Origin: an uncultured Verrucomicrobiae bacterium
Lineage (GTDB): Bacteria; Verrucomicrobiota; Verrucomicrobiia; Chthoniobacterales; Chthoniobacteraceae
Direction of reading: 5' to 3'
DNA length: 64,000 nt
Assembly: GCA_963828525.1 (NCBI GenBank)
Contig: CAWHEP010000002.1
Span: forward strand, 480,001 to 544,000
Shown here one piece after another: positions 46,486 through 59,752 of the stretch (the stretch's first letter is position 1; each line of letters begins with the position of its first letter). A program made the position numbers and the translations under genes. The notes below the pieces were generated by a model. It did no database searches. It was not told the origin of the DNA and worked only from the letters and a program-made list of their open reading frames with translations.

Positions 46486-47977
46486 TCACGCCGCGACAGC
46501 GGTGGGTGCGGAATTTTGCTGGTTGGCCCCGGCGGCGGCGGCAGGCGGAGCGAAAAGGTGCTGCCCTAGCCGTGCTGGCTGCGGCAGGCACATCCCCACC
46601 CATGGCGTGGAGAGCATTTTCACGATGGAAAGGCCGAGACCGGTGGAGGATTCACCGCCGGTGGGCCGGGTGGAGAGCTTGGTGAATTTCTGGAAGAGTT
46701 TGGCCTGTTCCGCTTCGCTCAGGCCGGCGCCGTGGTCCTGCACTTCCCATACGAACGCGGCCGCTCCGCGCGGATGCGGACGAAGACTTCGCCGCCAGGC
46801 GGGCGAATATTTGATGGCGTTCGAGTACAGGTTATCGAGGAACTGGTAGCAGGCGTTCAAGTCGGCCACGACTTGCGAGGGCGCTTTCTCCGGTGCGGAC
46901 GGTGATGCCCTTCTTCTTCGCGGCCGCCGCGTAGCTGGCGACGACTTCCCGGCTCACGGCGCTTCAGCTCGCAGGGCGTGAGGTTGATAGGGAAATGGCC
47001 GTGCTCGATGGTGTTCACATCCAGCAATTGGGTGATGAGCGCGATCATCCGCTGGGCCGCCTCCAGGATGGGCCGGCGTCCTTGCGGCTGCGCTCCTCGG
47101 ATGCCGGACCCGGCTTCCGCGATCATCTCGGCAAAACCCATGACGATGCTGAGCGGATTCTTCAGATCGTGGGCGACCATGCCCAGGAATTCGTTCTTCT
47201 CGCGGTCTGCTTTTTCCAGTTGCCGGTTGGCAAAGGAAAGACTGTGTACGGCGCGCTCCATTTTCCCAAAAGCACGCCGGCGGCCGCCTTCGAAGATGAG
47301 CGCCGAGCACGCACATGAAGAGGGTGAGAGAGAGGTAGCCGGCGGCCGTCACGATCTCCTGCCAGCGGGAGCCGTAGAGCACGGGCATGGCGACGCCCTG
47401 CCAGTCCAAGCGCCACGAAGGCGCGGTCAGCAGCAGGCAGACAAGGCACCAGAGGAGGGAGTTGAGGCCATCCACCAGAAGGAGGGCGCAGAGCGGAATG
47501 GCGGCGAGCCAGGCGATGGCATGGCCGCGCACACCCCCCTCGATGGCGCAGAGCGAGGTGAAGCCCAGCAGGAGGACGAAGGTGAGCAGATTCCCGCAGA
47601 GGCGGGTGGAACGGGTGGCCCGCTGGAGGAAGGGGATGGCGGCCACGGCGGCGGTGCAGAGGAGGACGATGCCCGCTCCCCAGAAGTGCCCGATGGCGAC
47701 ATAAAAAGCGGCGAAAGCCGCCGCCGAAAAACATGCCCAAGAGGCCGAAACCGGCGATGAGCCTGCGCGCGGCGGTTTGATTCGGGCTCCAGCGCGGGCA
47801 CCCGCTGCCGGATGGCCCTTTCCCAAGCCAGCCGGAGGCGCTGCGTCATCCGTGCCATGCGGGTGGTACGCCACATCGTTTTTTCCCCGGCTTCCACCTC
47901 CATCGGGATGCTGGCCGCGCGCGGCGTCATTCAGAGCGGAGCCGGACACCGGCAGCAACTGAGGGGTTGATGCTCAT
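46486..47977 (-). CDS. Membrane sensor histidine kinase (multi-TM input); frameshifted, start approximate
   Basis: EFLGMVAHDLKNPL H-box, LDNLYSNAIKYSP, VQDHGAGLS, STGLGLSIVK. Confidence 0.92.
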
Positions 47978-48029
47978 GGTTACGAAATGATTCGAATACC
48001 GGCCCTGGCCCGCGGGCGCACTGCGGGGC

Positions 48030-49552
48030 TTAAAGCTCGAAGAAGGAAGCCAGCCGGGCCAGGAACCGGTCGGCGTATTCCTTCTCCTTTTCCACGATGC
48101 CATGTTTGCCGGCGGCAGAGGCCAGGGTGCCTTCGTTGGCCATGCGGCGCCGGGCTAGCATCTCGCTGAGATTTTGCATGAGCTGGGTGTTCTCCTGGAG
48201 CATGGGGGCAAGATGGGACTTGGCGATTTCCAGCACTTCGCAATCGGCCAGCGCCATGACCGTGGCGCTGCGGGTTTCCCCGGTGAGCAGCGACATCTCG
48301 CCGAAGTAGTCGCCCGGCTGCAGGGTGGCGACCGCGGCGGTTTCTCCCGTTTCTCCCGGCTGCCGCACGTGCACATCCGCGGTGCCGCGCACCAGCACGA
48401 ACATGGAATCGCCCTCCAGGCCTTGCTCTACGATTTTTTCCCCGCGCCCGAACAGCAGGAGGCAGGCGGAGCCGATGATGCGGCTGGCCTGCTCATCCGA
48501 GAGGCATTGGAAGAAAGGCTTGTGGCGAATGAGGGAGCGCGTCGCCTCCGGCAGGGTGTACTGCGCCGCGCGTTTGCGCTCGAGCTGCACGGTGCGGATG
48601 GGGAAGGGAATGCCGATGCCCGCGCGCTTCAGGCCGTACCAGATGTTCGTGCGCAGCGCATCGCTGATGTCGTTGTAGGCTGCGTGGTTATTCAGCCAGT
48701 ACTTGACCTCGTAGGTCACGGCGGAATCCGCGAAATTCGACGAGGTAAACCTTCGGCTCGGGGCTGCGCAGGACGCCCGCGGCTTCCAAGGCGGCCTGCA
48801 GCAGGATGCTTTTCACCTGATTCGGCGGGGCCTCGTAGACGATGCCCACCCGCATGCGCATGGCGTGCAGATGGCTCGGGTAGGAGAGATTGACGATGGT
48901 GCTGCGGACGATCTGCGTGTTCGGGACATCCAGGTAATGGTCGTCCTTGGTCCGCAGACGGGTGGAGCGCCAATTGACCTCGATGACCTCGGCGTGGTGG
49001 TTATCCAGGATGAGCCAGTCGCCGGCTTTGAAGGGCTTCCCCACTTGCAGGGAGACGCCGGAAATGACGTTCCCGAGCAAGTCCTGCATGGCCCAGCCGA
49101 TCACGCCGACCAGAACCGTGGAGGTGAGCTGGATCCCGGTGACGGGGATGCCATAAATGCCGTAGATGACGGCCAGGAGGGCGATGCAAAAAAGGAAGAC
49201 GGACGAGGACTTGCTGGAGGAACTTCGGGATGGCGATGCCGCGCCGCTCGGCAAAGTAATACTCCCAGAGGTAGCGGCGCAGGAGGGCGATGCCGAAGAG
49301 CACGCCCGTCAGCACCGCCACGGCATCCAGTTCCCGCCAGAGATCGAAGTTCGGCGGCCCCCAATCCAGGCCGACCAGGCGCAGGGGGATATAGAGCGCG
49401 AGCGAGAGCCCCAGGAGCTGGTAGGAAAGGCCGAGTCGCACCCCGGCGCGCCGTTTCAGAGTCCGGCCCAGCGCCACCGCCGCCAGGTAAATGACCGGCA
49501 CGGCCACGACCAGGGCCAGGACTTGCTCGGGAGTCGCGAGGAGATGCGGCAT
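48030..49552 (-). CDS. MscS-family mechanosensitive channel with C-terminal cNMP-binding domain
   Basis: GWAMQDLLGNVISG, PFKAGDW, WRSTRLRT, IPFP; GDYFGEMSLLTGETRSATV. Confidence 0.92.
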
Positions 49553-49581
49553 GGGGCGCGAGTCTAGGCGGGGGGCGGAGA

Positions 49582-51823
<2,242 letters not shown>

Positions 51824-51860
51824 GCGGGCGACCCTACGGGTCCGAATTGAAATCAGAAAG

Positions 51861-53050
51861 ATGAAAAAGCGCGTCCTGATCTTCTCCGCCAGCGCCGGCA
51901 CCGGGCATGTAAAAGCCGCCGAGGCGCTGGCGAAAACCTTCGCCAAGGATCCCCGCGTGGATGCCGTGGAGCACCAGGATGCGCTCGTCTTCACGAACAA
52001 GCTCTTCCGCGATTTCTACTCGAAGCTCTACGTGCAGCTCATCCGCAGCGCCCCGCAGGTGCTCGGCTGGGTTTACAAAAGCAGCGACGAGCCGTGGAAG
52101 ACCGATCTCATGCGGCTGCGGCTGGATCGGCTCAGCGCCGGGCCGCTGGTGAAATTCGTGCGCAAGTTCCGCCCGGATATCACCGTCTGCACCCATTTCA
52201 TGCCGGCCGGGCATCATCTCGCACCTCATTTCGCGCGGGCTGCTCGATACGCACCTCTCCATCGTCGTGACCGACCTGGACATGCACGCCATGTGGCTCT
52301 CGCGCGTCTTTCACCGCTACTTCGTGGCCATCGAGGAGACGAAGGTGCATCTCGAGATGCTCGGCCTGCCGCCGGGGCGCATCACCGTCTCCGGCATCCC
52401 GGTGGACCCGGCCTTCGAGGCGCCGATCGACCGCGCCGCGGTGCGCGGCGCAGAACGGGCTGGATCCGGAGAAAACCACGCTGCTCATTTCCGCCGGGGC
52501 GCTGGGCGTCACGCCCGCGGAGTTCGTGGTGGCGCGCCTCATGCAGCTGCGCCACGACGTGCAGGCGGATGGTGGTCTGCGGGCGGAACGAGGAGCTGCG
52601 GACCAATCTGCAGAAAATGCTGGGGCCGCAGGCGCACCGCTTCAAGGTCCTCGGCTACACGGACCGGATGCATGAGTTGATGAAGGCTTCCGATCTGTTC
52701 ATCGGCAAACCGGGGGGCCTTACCACCGCCGAGGCGCTGGCCTCTTCGCTGCCCATGATGATCGTCGATCCCATCCCCGGCCAGGAGGAGCGGAACAGCG
52801 ATCACCTGCTGGAGAAAGGCTGCGCGCTGAAGGCGAACGAACTCACGACGCTGGCCTGGAAGATCGACCAGTTGCTGGACGATCCCGGCCGACTTGGAAG
52901 ACGATGCGCCGGAAGGCGGGCGAACTGGGCCGGCCCCACGCCGCGCGCACCGATCGTGGACACGCTGCTGAAGGACCAGCTCGACGCCCATGGAACTGAA
53001 TGAGGACCAGCGGGATGCAATCGCGCAGGCGGCGACGGGCGAAATGACGC
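51861..53050 (+). CDS. MGDG synthase / UgtP-like GT28 diacylglycerol glycosyltransferase (3' end uncertain)
   Basis: SAGTGHVKAA, VCTHF, VTDLDMH, SGIPV, VVCGRN, GKPGGLT, PGQEERN. Confidence 0.9.
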
Positions 53051-54577
53051 GTGAACCCGTGAAGCCCGAACCGCCACCCTGCCTCTGCCGGCCGATTTCC
53101 TCTGGGGAGTCTCGACCTCCGCCTACCAAAGTGAAGGGGGCTTCAATGGCGCGGGCCAGCCCCGCACGAATTGGGCGCGCGCGGAGGAGAAACAGCACGT
53201 GGCCGCCCACCGGCCGGGCCGCCGATTTCTGGACGCGCTACGCGGAGGATTTCCGGCTCGTGCGCGGCCTGGGCCTGAATTCCTTCCGCCTGGGGATCGA
53301 GTGGAGCCGCGTGCAGCCCTCCCTGGCGCCCGGCGAAAGCCGGCCCTCCGCCCTTTCGATTTCGCGGCGCTGGAGCATTACGCGGAAATGTTGATCGCCT
53401 GCCGCGAGCAGGGACTGGAGCCGGTGCTTACGCTGCACCATTTCACGCACCCGGAATGGCTCGGGCCCGATCCCTGGCTGGATGCGGCGACGCCGGAGCT
53501 GTTCGAGCGCTTTGTCGCGCACAGCATGGAGTTTGTGAACGAGCGCCTCGTGGCGCGCGGGCCATGCCCCGGTGCGGATCGTCATCACGATCAACGAGCC
53601 GAACATGCTCGTCTTCAACAGCTACCTCGGAAGGCAGTTTCCCGTGCGAGGCGCAGCCGGGGCTGGCGTCGATCAGCAGCGCGATTAACGAACTGCTCTG
53701 CGCGCACGTGCGGGCTTATAATTGCCTGCACGACTTATACGCGGCCCGCGGCTGGCCGGCGCCGCTGGTGACTTATAATAACTACTGCAGCGACCTATAT
53801 TGGCTGGATAAGTTCCTGCCGGATTTGACTGCCGCCGCCGAGCGCGGCATCCCGCGCGCCGAGGTGGAGGAATATATCTGCCGGTGCCAGAAGAAATTCC
53901 AGGTGGCGCTGCGGGAAGCGCGCATCCCGTTGCGGCGGGACCTGCCCGCACTTTTCGGCGCTTTCATCAAAATTATGAGCAACGCCCTGGGGGGCGAATG
54001 GTTCAGCGCGGAGCGATTTGCGCCGGCGCTCGATGCCATCTACGGCTCGCCGCGCAGCCGCCTGCTCGATTTCATCGGGATCGATTATTACGACCCCTTC
54101 GCGGCCCATATTTTCCGCCTGCCGGTGTGGTGGGATCACGAAAGCCGCAGCCGCTCTTTTCATGACTGGATCATGAATTCCGTGACGGCGAAATGGTGGG
54201 ACTGGAACGTGCTGGCCAGCGGCCTGCGTTTTTTCTGCCAGCATTATGCGGCGGATTTCAACCGCCCCATCCTGATCGCGGAAAACGGGATGGCCTTGCG
54301 CCGCCGCCAGAACAACGAGCATTTCCCGCGACGCGACCGGCTGACGCGCAGTGAATTTCTGCGCGCTCACGTGCGCGAGGTGGAGCAACTGATCGCGGAA
54401 GGCGTGCCGGTCTTCGGCTACCTGTACTGGTCGCTCTTCGATAACTACGAGTGGGGTTCCTTCACCCCGCGCTTTGGGCTTTATTCGCTGGATTACACCA
54501 AAGGGACGGAGCGGCTGCCGGTCGATCCGCAGGGCGATTGCTGTCCTCACAGACTTACGCGCGAAGTTGGTGCGTGA
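53044..54577 (+). CDS. Glycoside hydrolase family 1; frameshifted, start uncertain
   Basis: FLWGVSTSAYQSEG, FRLGIEWSR, TLHHFTHP, TINEP (acid/base), IAENG (nucleophile), YWSLFDNYEWG. Confidence 0.93.
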
Positions 54578-54625
54578 GGCTCAGGGAGAAGACGCGCCGC
54601 ACGGAGGACTGGCCAGAGCGCGCTC

Positions 54626-55219
54626 TCAAGTATTGACGCTGCAGCCGTAGGGGCGGCTGGTCGGCACCGGACGGGTTTGCCGGCCATGGACTCTTCCAGG
54701 GAGGCCTTCACGTAATTGGTCGCGCCCGGGATATCCGCCGGGTCGGGCGTTGGCTTGTTATCAATGCCGCCCTGGTAAATCAGCTTGCCGCCGGGATTGA
54801 TGACGAACATGTGCGGAGTGGTCTTGGCTTCGTAGAGATGCCCCACTTTGCCATCCGGGTCGCGCAGGTATGCGGTCGGGTCGGCGTGGTCGTCCTTCAG
54901 GAATTTTTCGATCTGCCCGGCGGGATAGTCACCCTGGCGGCCCGCGGAGGCGGAATTGATGGTGAGCCAGACCACGCCCTTGGCCCGCTCCTCCTGCTGC
55001 AGCTTCGGCATGTTGCCGGAATCGTAGTGCTTGCGCACGAACGGGCAATCCGGGTTGTTCCATTCCAGCACGACGTACTTTCCCTTTGTAATCGGCCAGG
55101 GAATGCGGCTTGCCGCCCAAGTCATTCAGGGTGAAATCGGGGGCCGTATCGCCCGGTTGCGGGGCGGCGTAGAGAGTGAACGAGGCCAGCGAGAGGGCCA
55201 TGGTGAGGAGAGCTTTCAT
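54626..55219 (-). CDS. Exported thioredoxin-fold redoxin (AhpC/TSA-like)
   Basis: Signal peptide, APDFTL, VLEWNNPDCPFVRKHY, YEAKTTPHMF, YQGGID, PYGCSV. Confidence 0.9.
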
Positions 55220-55296
55220 GATGAGTGGGTTCAGGTTAGACCGCTGGGCGGTCCATAAGTTCAAACGGCGCGAAATCGCCCTGCGGATGTCCCGCT

Positions 55297-57162
55297 TCAC
55301 TCTGCGGCCCCATTCAGGGCCTGGAGCACGATGTCTTTGGTGATGACCTCCGGCAGGACGGTCGGCCTTGCCCGCGGGGGAATAGACGACGTAGAGAGGC
55401 ACGCCGGCGCGGCCGAACTGGCGCAGGAATTTGCTGATCTCCTCGTCGCCATTCGTCCAGTCGGCCTTGAGCGGAATGACCCCTTTTTCGCGAAAGGCCT
55501 GCTGCACGGCCTCGCTGTTCGATGACCAGGCGCTCGTTCACCTTGCAATTCAGGCACCAGTCGGCGGTGAAATCCACGAACACGATCTTGTGCTGTCTGC
55601 AGGGCCTGCAGCAAGCCGGGGCGGGAATGGCTCCGGGCGGCTGGTGTATTGCTGGTAAAGCACCCAGGAGAGCCACGCCACAGTGCCGAGCAGCAGCACG
55701 CCCAGCCCCTGCTTCACGCGCACCATCCACATGCCGGGCTTGGGCAGGAAGCGCAGCCAGCCCGGCTTCACGGCCAGGATCGCGTAGGGCGTGCTCATCC
55801 CGGCCGCCACGGCGGCGAACATGGCAAAAACCGTGGGCGCAGGCTGGGCGAGGGCAAAGCCAAGCGCGGGCCCCAGAAAGGGCGCGGTGCAGGGCGTCGC
55901 CATGAGAGTGGCGAAGACGCCGTGCCAGAAGGTGCCCGCGTAGCCTTCGCGGCCGGACATTTCCTGCACCTGCGATTGCACCTGCCCGGGCAGCATGATT
56001 TCGAAGACGCCCGAGCAGATTCAGCGAGAAAAGAAGGAGGATCACCACCATCGCGGCCACGAAGGCGGGATGCTGGAACTGGAAGGCCCAGTTCAATTGG
56101 TGCCCCGCCAGTTTAAAACCGACCACCAGCGCCGCCAGCACGAAGAACCAGGCAAAAATGCCGCCGATAAAGGTAAAGCCGAGCGCGAGAATCCGCCGGG
56201 GCGATTCGCCCGCCTGGCGGATGAAGCCGAAAATCTTCAGGGCGATCACCGGCAGGACGCACGGCATGACATTCAGAATGAGTCCGCCCAGGAAAGCCGA
56301 GCCCCAGCCAGCCGAGCAGCGAACCGCCGGAACTCGCCGGCGCGGCGAAGGCCTGCCCGCCGCGCTCCCCAAGCTGCCAGCCCCCACGGCGGCTCCGTTC
56401 CGGAGAGCGACGACTCCGCCGATGGACTGCGCGGCCGCTTGCTCATCCAGAAGCGGAACGTGAACGACATTGCCCTGCGACTTTGGGATGGCCGATCTGG
56501 ACATCGCCGGGGAGGGGGAAAAACTCCGGCGTCGCGTCCGGAGCGCGAGCCTGTTCAAGCGTCAGCAGCAACTCCGCGCCCTTGCCGGCTCCAGGCGGCG
56601 GTAAAGGGAGGCGTCGCCCGTTTTCGGGAGGCGCGCCATGCGGCTTGCTGCGAAAAGGGCCGCATTCGCCGGGTGGCTGGCTGCGACCACGGGCAGAGTG
56701 AGCGAAAGATCGTCTTTGCCGGGGATGCAGATATCCTTGCACACCAGCCAGGAGGCATGGGCGCGGAGCGTGACAGACTGGCCGGCGGGAAGATTCGCCG
56801 GGACATGGATTTGCACCGGCAGGAGCACGTCGTTCAGGTAGCCGTAGATCAGGATATCCCCTGCCTCGGTGATGCTCTTCGGCACGGGCCACTCGATGGG
56901 GCCGGCGGTGACGCCCGGCGGCAGGGTCCACTCGAGGCGCGTCGGCACGCCGGCATCCCCGGCATATTGCCAGTAGGTATTCCACCCTGCCTCCTGTTTG
57001 AGGTGGAGGCCGACCGTCATGGTCTGCCCCGGCACCGCCCCATCGGCCGCGGCCAGGAGTTCCGCCTGCACGAGGTCTTTGCCGTGATTCATTTGCGCCG
57101 GTGCCCCAGGCGGGGAGCGCCGAGCAGGAGCGAGAAAAAGAGAAGCGGATGAGGCCGCGCAT
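55297..57162 (-). CDS. DsbD-like thiol:disulfide interchange protein; frameshifted
   Basis: N-domain W-TYW..GDAG and VCKDIC; LNVMPCVLPV and ATPCTAPFLG TM cysteines; FTADWCLNCK thioredoxin domain. Confidence 0.92.
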
Positions 57163-57299
57163 AGGAAGGAAGGTACAGCGGAGATTCCCCCGCGCCAAGG
57201 TACTGTGGAAAGTAAGAGGCGGCGGCAGGCCGGAAATTCCCGGCATTTGCGCTGGGCGGAGCACATCCGGCCGTTCCTTAGCCTGTCCCCACCCGCACC

Positions 57300-58038
57300 A
57301 TGGATAACGACTACAAGGTCAAACTCGACATCTTCGAAGGGCCGCTCGATCTCCTGCTCTACCTCATCAAAAAGGATGAGATCGATATCTACGATATCCC
57401 CATCGAGCGGATCACCCGCCAGTACCTCGAATACCTGGACGCCTTCAAAATCCTCGACCTCGATATCGCGGGCGATTTCGTGGTGATGGCGGCGAACCTG
57501 ATCTACATCAAGAGCCGGAGCCTGCTGCCGAAGGACCAGCGCCCGCCGGAGGAGACCGCCGAGGAGGACGACCCGCGCTGGGAGCTGGTGCGCCAGCTCA
57601 TCGAGTACAAAAAATTCAAGGACGCGGCCGGCCATCTGCAACAGCGCGAACTGGCGCGCGAGGGGCTCTTCACGCGCGTGCCGGAGACGCCGGAATTTGC
57701 CGCCGAGCGCCCCCTGGCGGAGGTGAGCATCTTCGATTTGATCAACGCCTTCAACGGCGCCCTCAAGCGGCTGCACAAGCCGGAGGATCTGCGCGAGATC
57801 TTCCAGGAAAACTTCACCGTCTCCGACAAGATCGATCTCATCATGAAGATGACTTCGAGCGGGGTGCCGCTGCGTTTCTACGAGCTGTTCGCCGGCGTCG
57901 CCTCGCGCACGGAAGTGGTGGTGACTTTCCTCGCCGCTGCTGGAGCTGGTGCGGCTGAAGCAGATCAAGGCGCGCCAGTCCGAGGAGTTCGGCGAGATCG
58001 AGCTGGTGAGCTCGGAGACGCGGGTCTTGCTGAGCTGA
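57300..58038 (+). CDS. scpA: Segregation and condensation protein A
   Basis: FEGPLDLLLYLI, IYDIPI, KSRSLLP, C-terminal TFLA-LLELVR..QSEEFGEI. Confidence 0.95.
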
Positions 58039-58047
58039 AGAGGGGAA

Positions 58048-58133
58048 GATTAAGATTACGAATAAGATTAGGATTAAGAAGGCGGACGTTCCCGTCTTCT
58101 CTTACTCTTAATCGGACTCCCGATCTCGCTTCC
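58048..58133. repeat. Hexamer-period (GATTAN)5 tract with degenerate inverted arm
   Basis: GATTAA-GATTAC-GAATAA-GATTAG-GATTAA, then TCTTACTCTTAATC... in reverse orientation. Confidence 0.65.
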
Positions 58134-58266
58134 TTTTCCGTCCCTTCGAGGAAACCATACAGTCCGGCTGGCCCTATTGTTGCCCCGTTCCCCCCGGACG
58201 TTGCAACGATCCCCTCCAGCCGGACTGTCCCTTTGGTTCTTTTTCCGCGTCCGCATTCACGGACAA
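58090..58266. ncRNA. Candidate small RNA (long hairpin; minus strand GGA-rich)
   Basis: Perfect 13-bp stem 58159-58171/58216-58228 with nested stems; lies just downstream of a sigma54-type motif; no convincing ORF. Confidence 0.4.
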
Positions 58267-58276
58267 TGCACCCTTT

Positions 58277-58293
58277 AGCACCCGCCATGCCAA
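58277..58293 (-). promoter_or_regulatory. Putative sigma54 (-24/-12) promoter
   Basis: Minus strand TTGGCATGGCGGGTGCT = TGGCA..GG-N10-GC. Confidence 0.6.
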
Positions 58294-58423
58294 TCCTCTC
58301 CGCAGCGCGGATATTTCTCGATTTTCACAGAGAGAAAATGTTTTCGCGTGTCAGACAAACCCGGACATCGATGCCGCGCGAATTCTGGCGCGTTTTGCGC
58401 AGCCAGTGGGCAAGTTTAGCCGG

Positions 58424-58437
58424 TGCGAAATTTCGCA
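58424..58437. promoter_or_regulatory. Perfect 14-bp palindrome, putative transcription-factor site
   Basis: TGCGAAATTTCGCA, ~135-145 bp upstream of the sigma54 motif and 26 nt before the purD ATG. Confidence 0.45.
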
Positions 58438-58463
58438 GAGTTCTGCTACGCGTCCGCGCTCCT

Positions 58464-59737
58464 ATGAAAATCCTGGTGATCGGCGGCGGCGGCCGCGAAC
58501 ACGCCCTCTGCTGGAAGCTGCGGCAATCGCCTCGCGCCACGGAGATCTTTTGCGCGCCGGGCAATGCCGGCACCGCCGCGCTGGGCCGCAACGTGCCCAT
58601 CCCGATCACCGATCTACGCCGCGCTGCTGCGCTTCGCGCAGGAGGAGAAAATCGACCTCACCGTGGTCGGGCCGGACGACGCGCTGGCCGCGGGCATCGT
58701 CGATCTTTTCCAAAGCCACGGGCTGCGCATTTTCGGGCCGACCCGCGCCGGCGCGCGCTTCGAGTCGTCGAAGGGCTTTGCCAAGCAATTCATGGAGCGC
58801 CACGGCATCCCGACGGCGCGCTTCGGGGAATTCACCGACAGCGCGGAGGCGCACCGCTTTTGCCAGCAGATGAAATACCCTGTCGTGATCAAGGCGGATG
58901 GCCTCGCGCTCGGCAAAGGCGTGGTCATCGCCGCCACGCGGAGGAAGCGGCCAAGGCGATTTACCGAATGATGGAGCAGCGGCAGTTCGGCGAGGCGGGC
59001 CGCCGCGTCGTGATCGAGGAATTTCTGGAGGGCGAGGAATGCTCCATCCACGCGCTGGTGGATGGCGGCAGCTACGCGCTTTTCCCCGGCGCGCAGGATC
59101 ACAAGCAGGTGTTCGATGGCGACCGCGGCCCGAACACCGGCGGCATGGGGGCCTATTCGCCCGCGCCTCTCCTCACGCCGGAGCTGGAGGCGCAGGTGCG
59201 CACGGAAGTGATGGACCGATTCATCCAGGGCCTGGCGGCGGACGGGCTGGAATTTCGCGGCCTGCTCTACCCCGGGCTGATGGTGACGCGCTATCGGCCT
59301 GAAGGTGCTGGAGTTCAATTGCCGCTTCGGCGATCCCGAGACGCAGGTCTTCCTGCCGCGGCTGGAATCCGATCTCGTGGATGCGCTGGAGGCCGTGATC
59401 GACGGCCGGCTGGCGCAGCAGGACTTGCGCTGGAAAACGGAGGCGGCCGTCTGCGTGGTGATGGCCTCGGGGGGATACCCCGGCGATTATGAAAAGGGGC
59501 GGGAGATCACCGGCATTGAAAGCGCGGAGGCGGAGGGCGGTGTGACGGTTTTCCACGCCGGGACGCGGCGGGAAAATGGCAAGCTCGTCACAGCGGGTGG
59601 CCGCGTGCTGGGGGTGACGGCCACGGGCGCGGATGTGCGCGCGGCGCGGGAAAAGGCCTACGCGGCGGCGCGACAAGATTCACTTTGCCGGCGCGCATTT
59701 CCGGCGGGACATTGCGGCGAAGGCGCTTCGGGATTAG
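58464..59737 (+). CDS. purD: Phosphoribosylamine-glycine ligase; frameshifted
   Basis: MKILVIGGGGREHAL, APGNAG, IKADGLALGKGV, QDHK..GPNTGGMGAYSP, EFNCRFGDPETQ. Confidence 0.97.
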
Positions 59738-59752
59738 CCTCGTCTCCTGGCC

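Noticed and set aside
57300..58038. scpA without adjacent scpB
   Set aside because: Separation of scpA and scpB is common, and scpB may lie outside the window.
58074..58256. 60-aa minus-strand ORF downstream of the sigma54 motif
   Set aside because: No RBS, atypical composition and it runs into the hexamer repeat; an RNA explanation fits better, though a peptide cannot be excluded.
57300..59492. 730-aa ScpA-PurD fusion ORF
   Set aside because: An indel near 57935 bypasses the scpA stop at 58036-58038 and reads through repeat and intergenic DNA.
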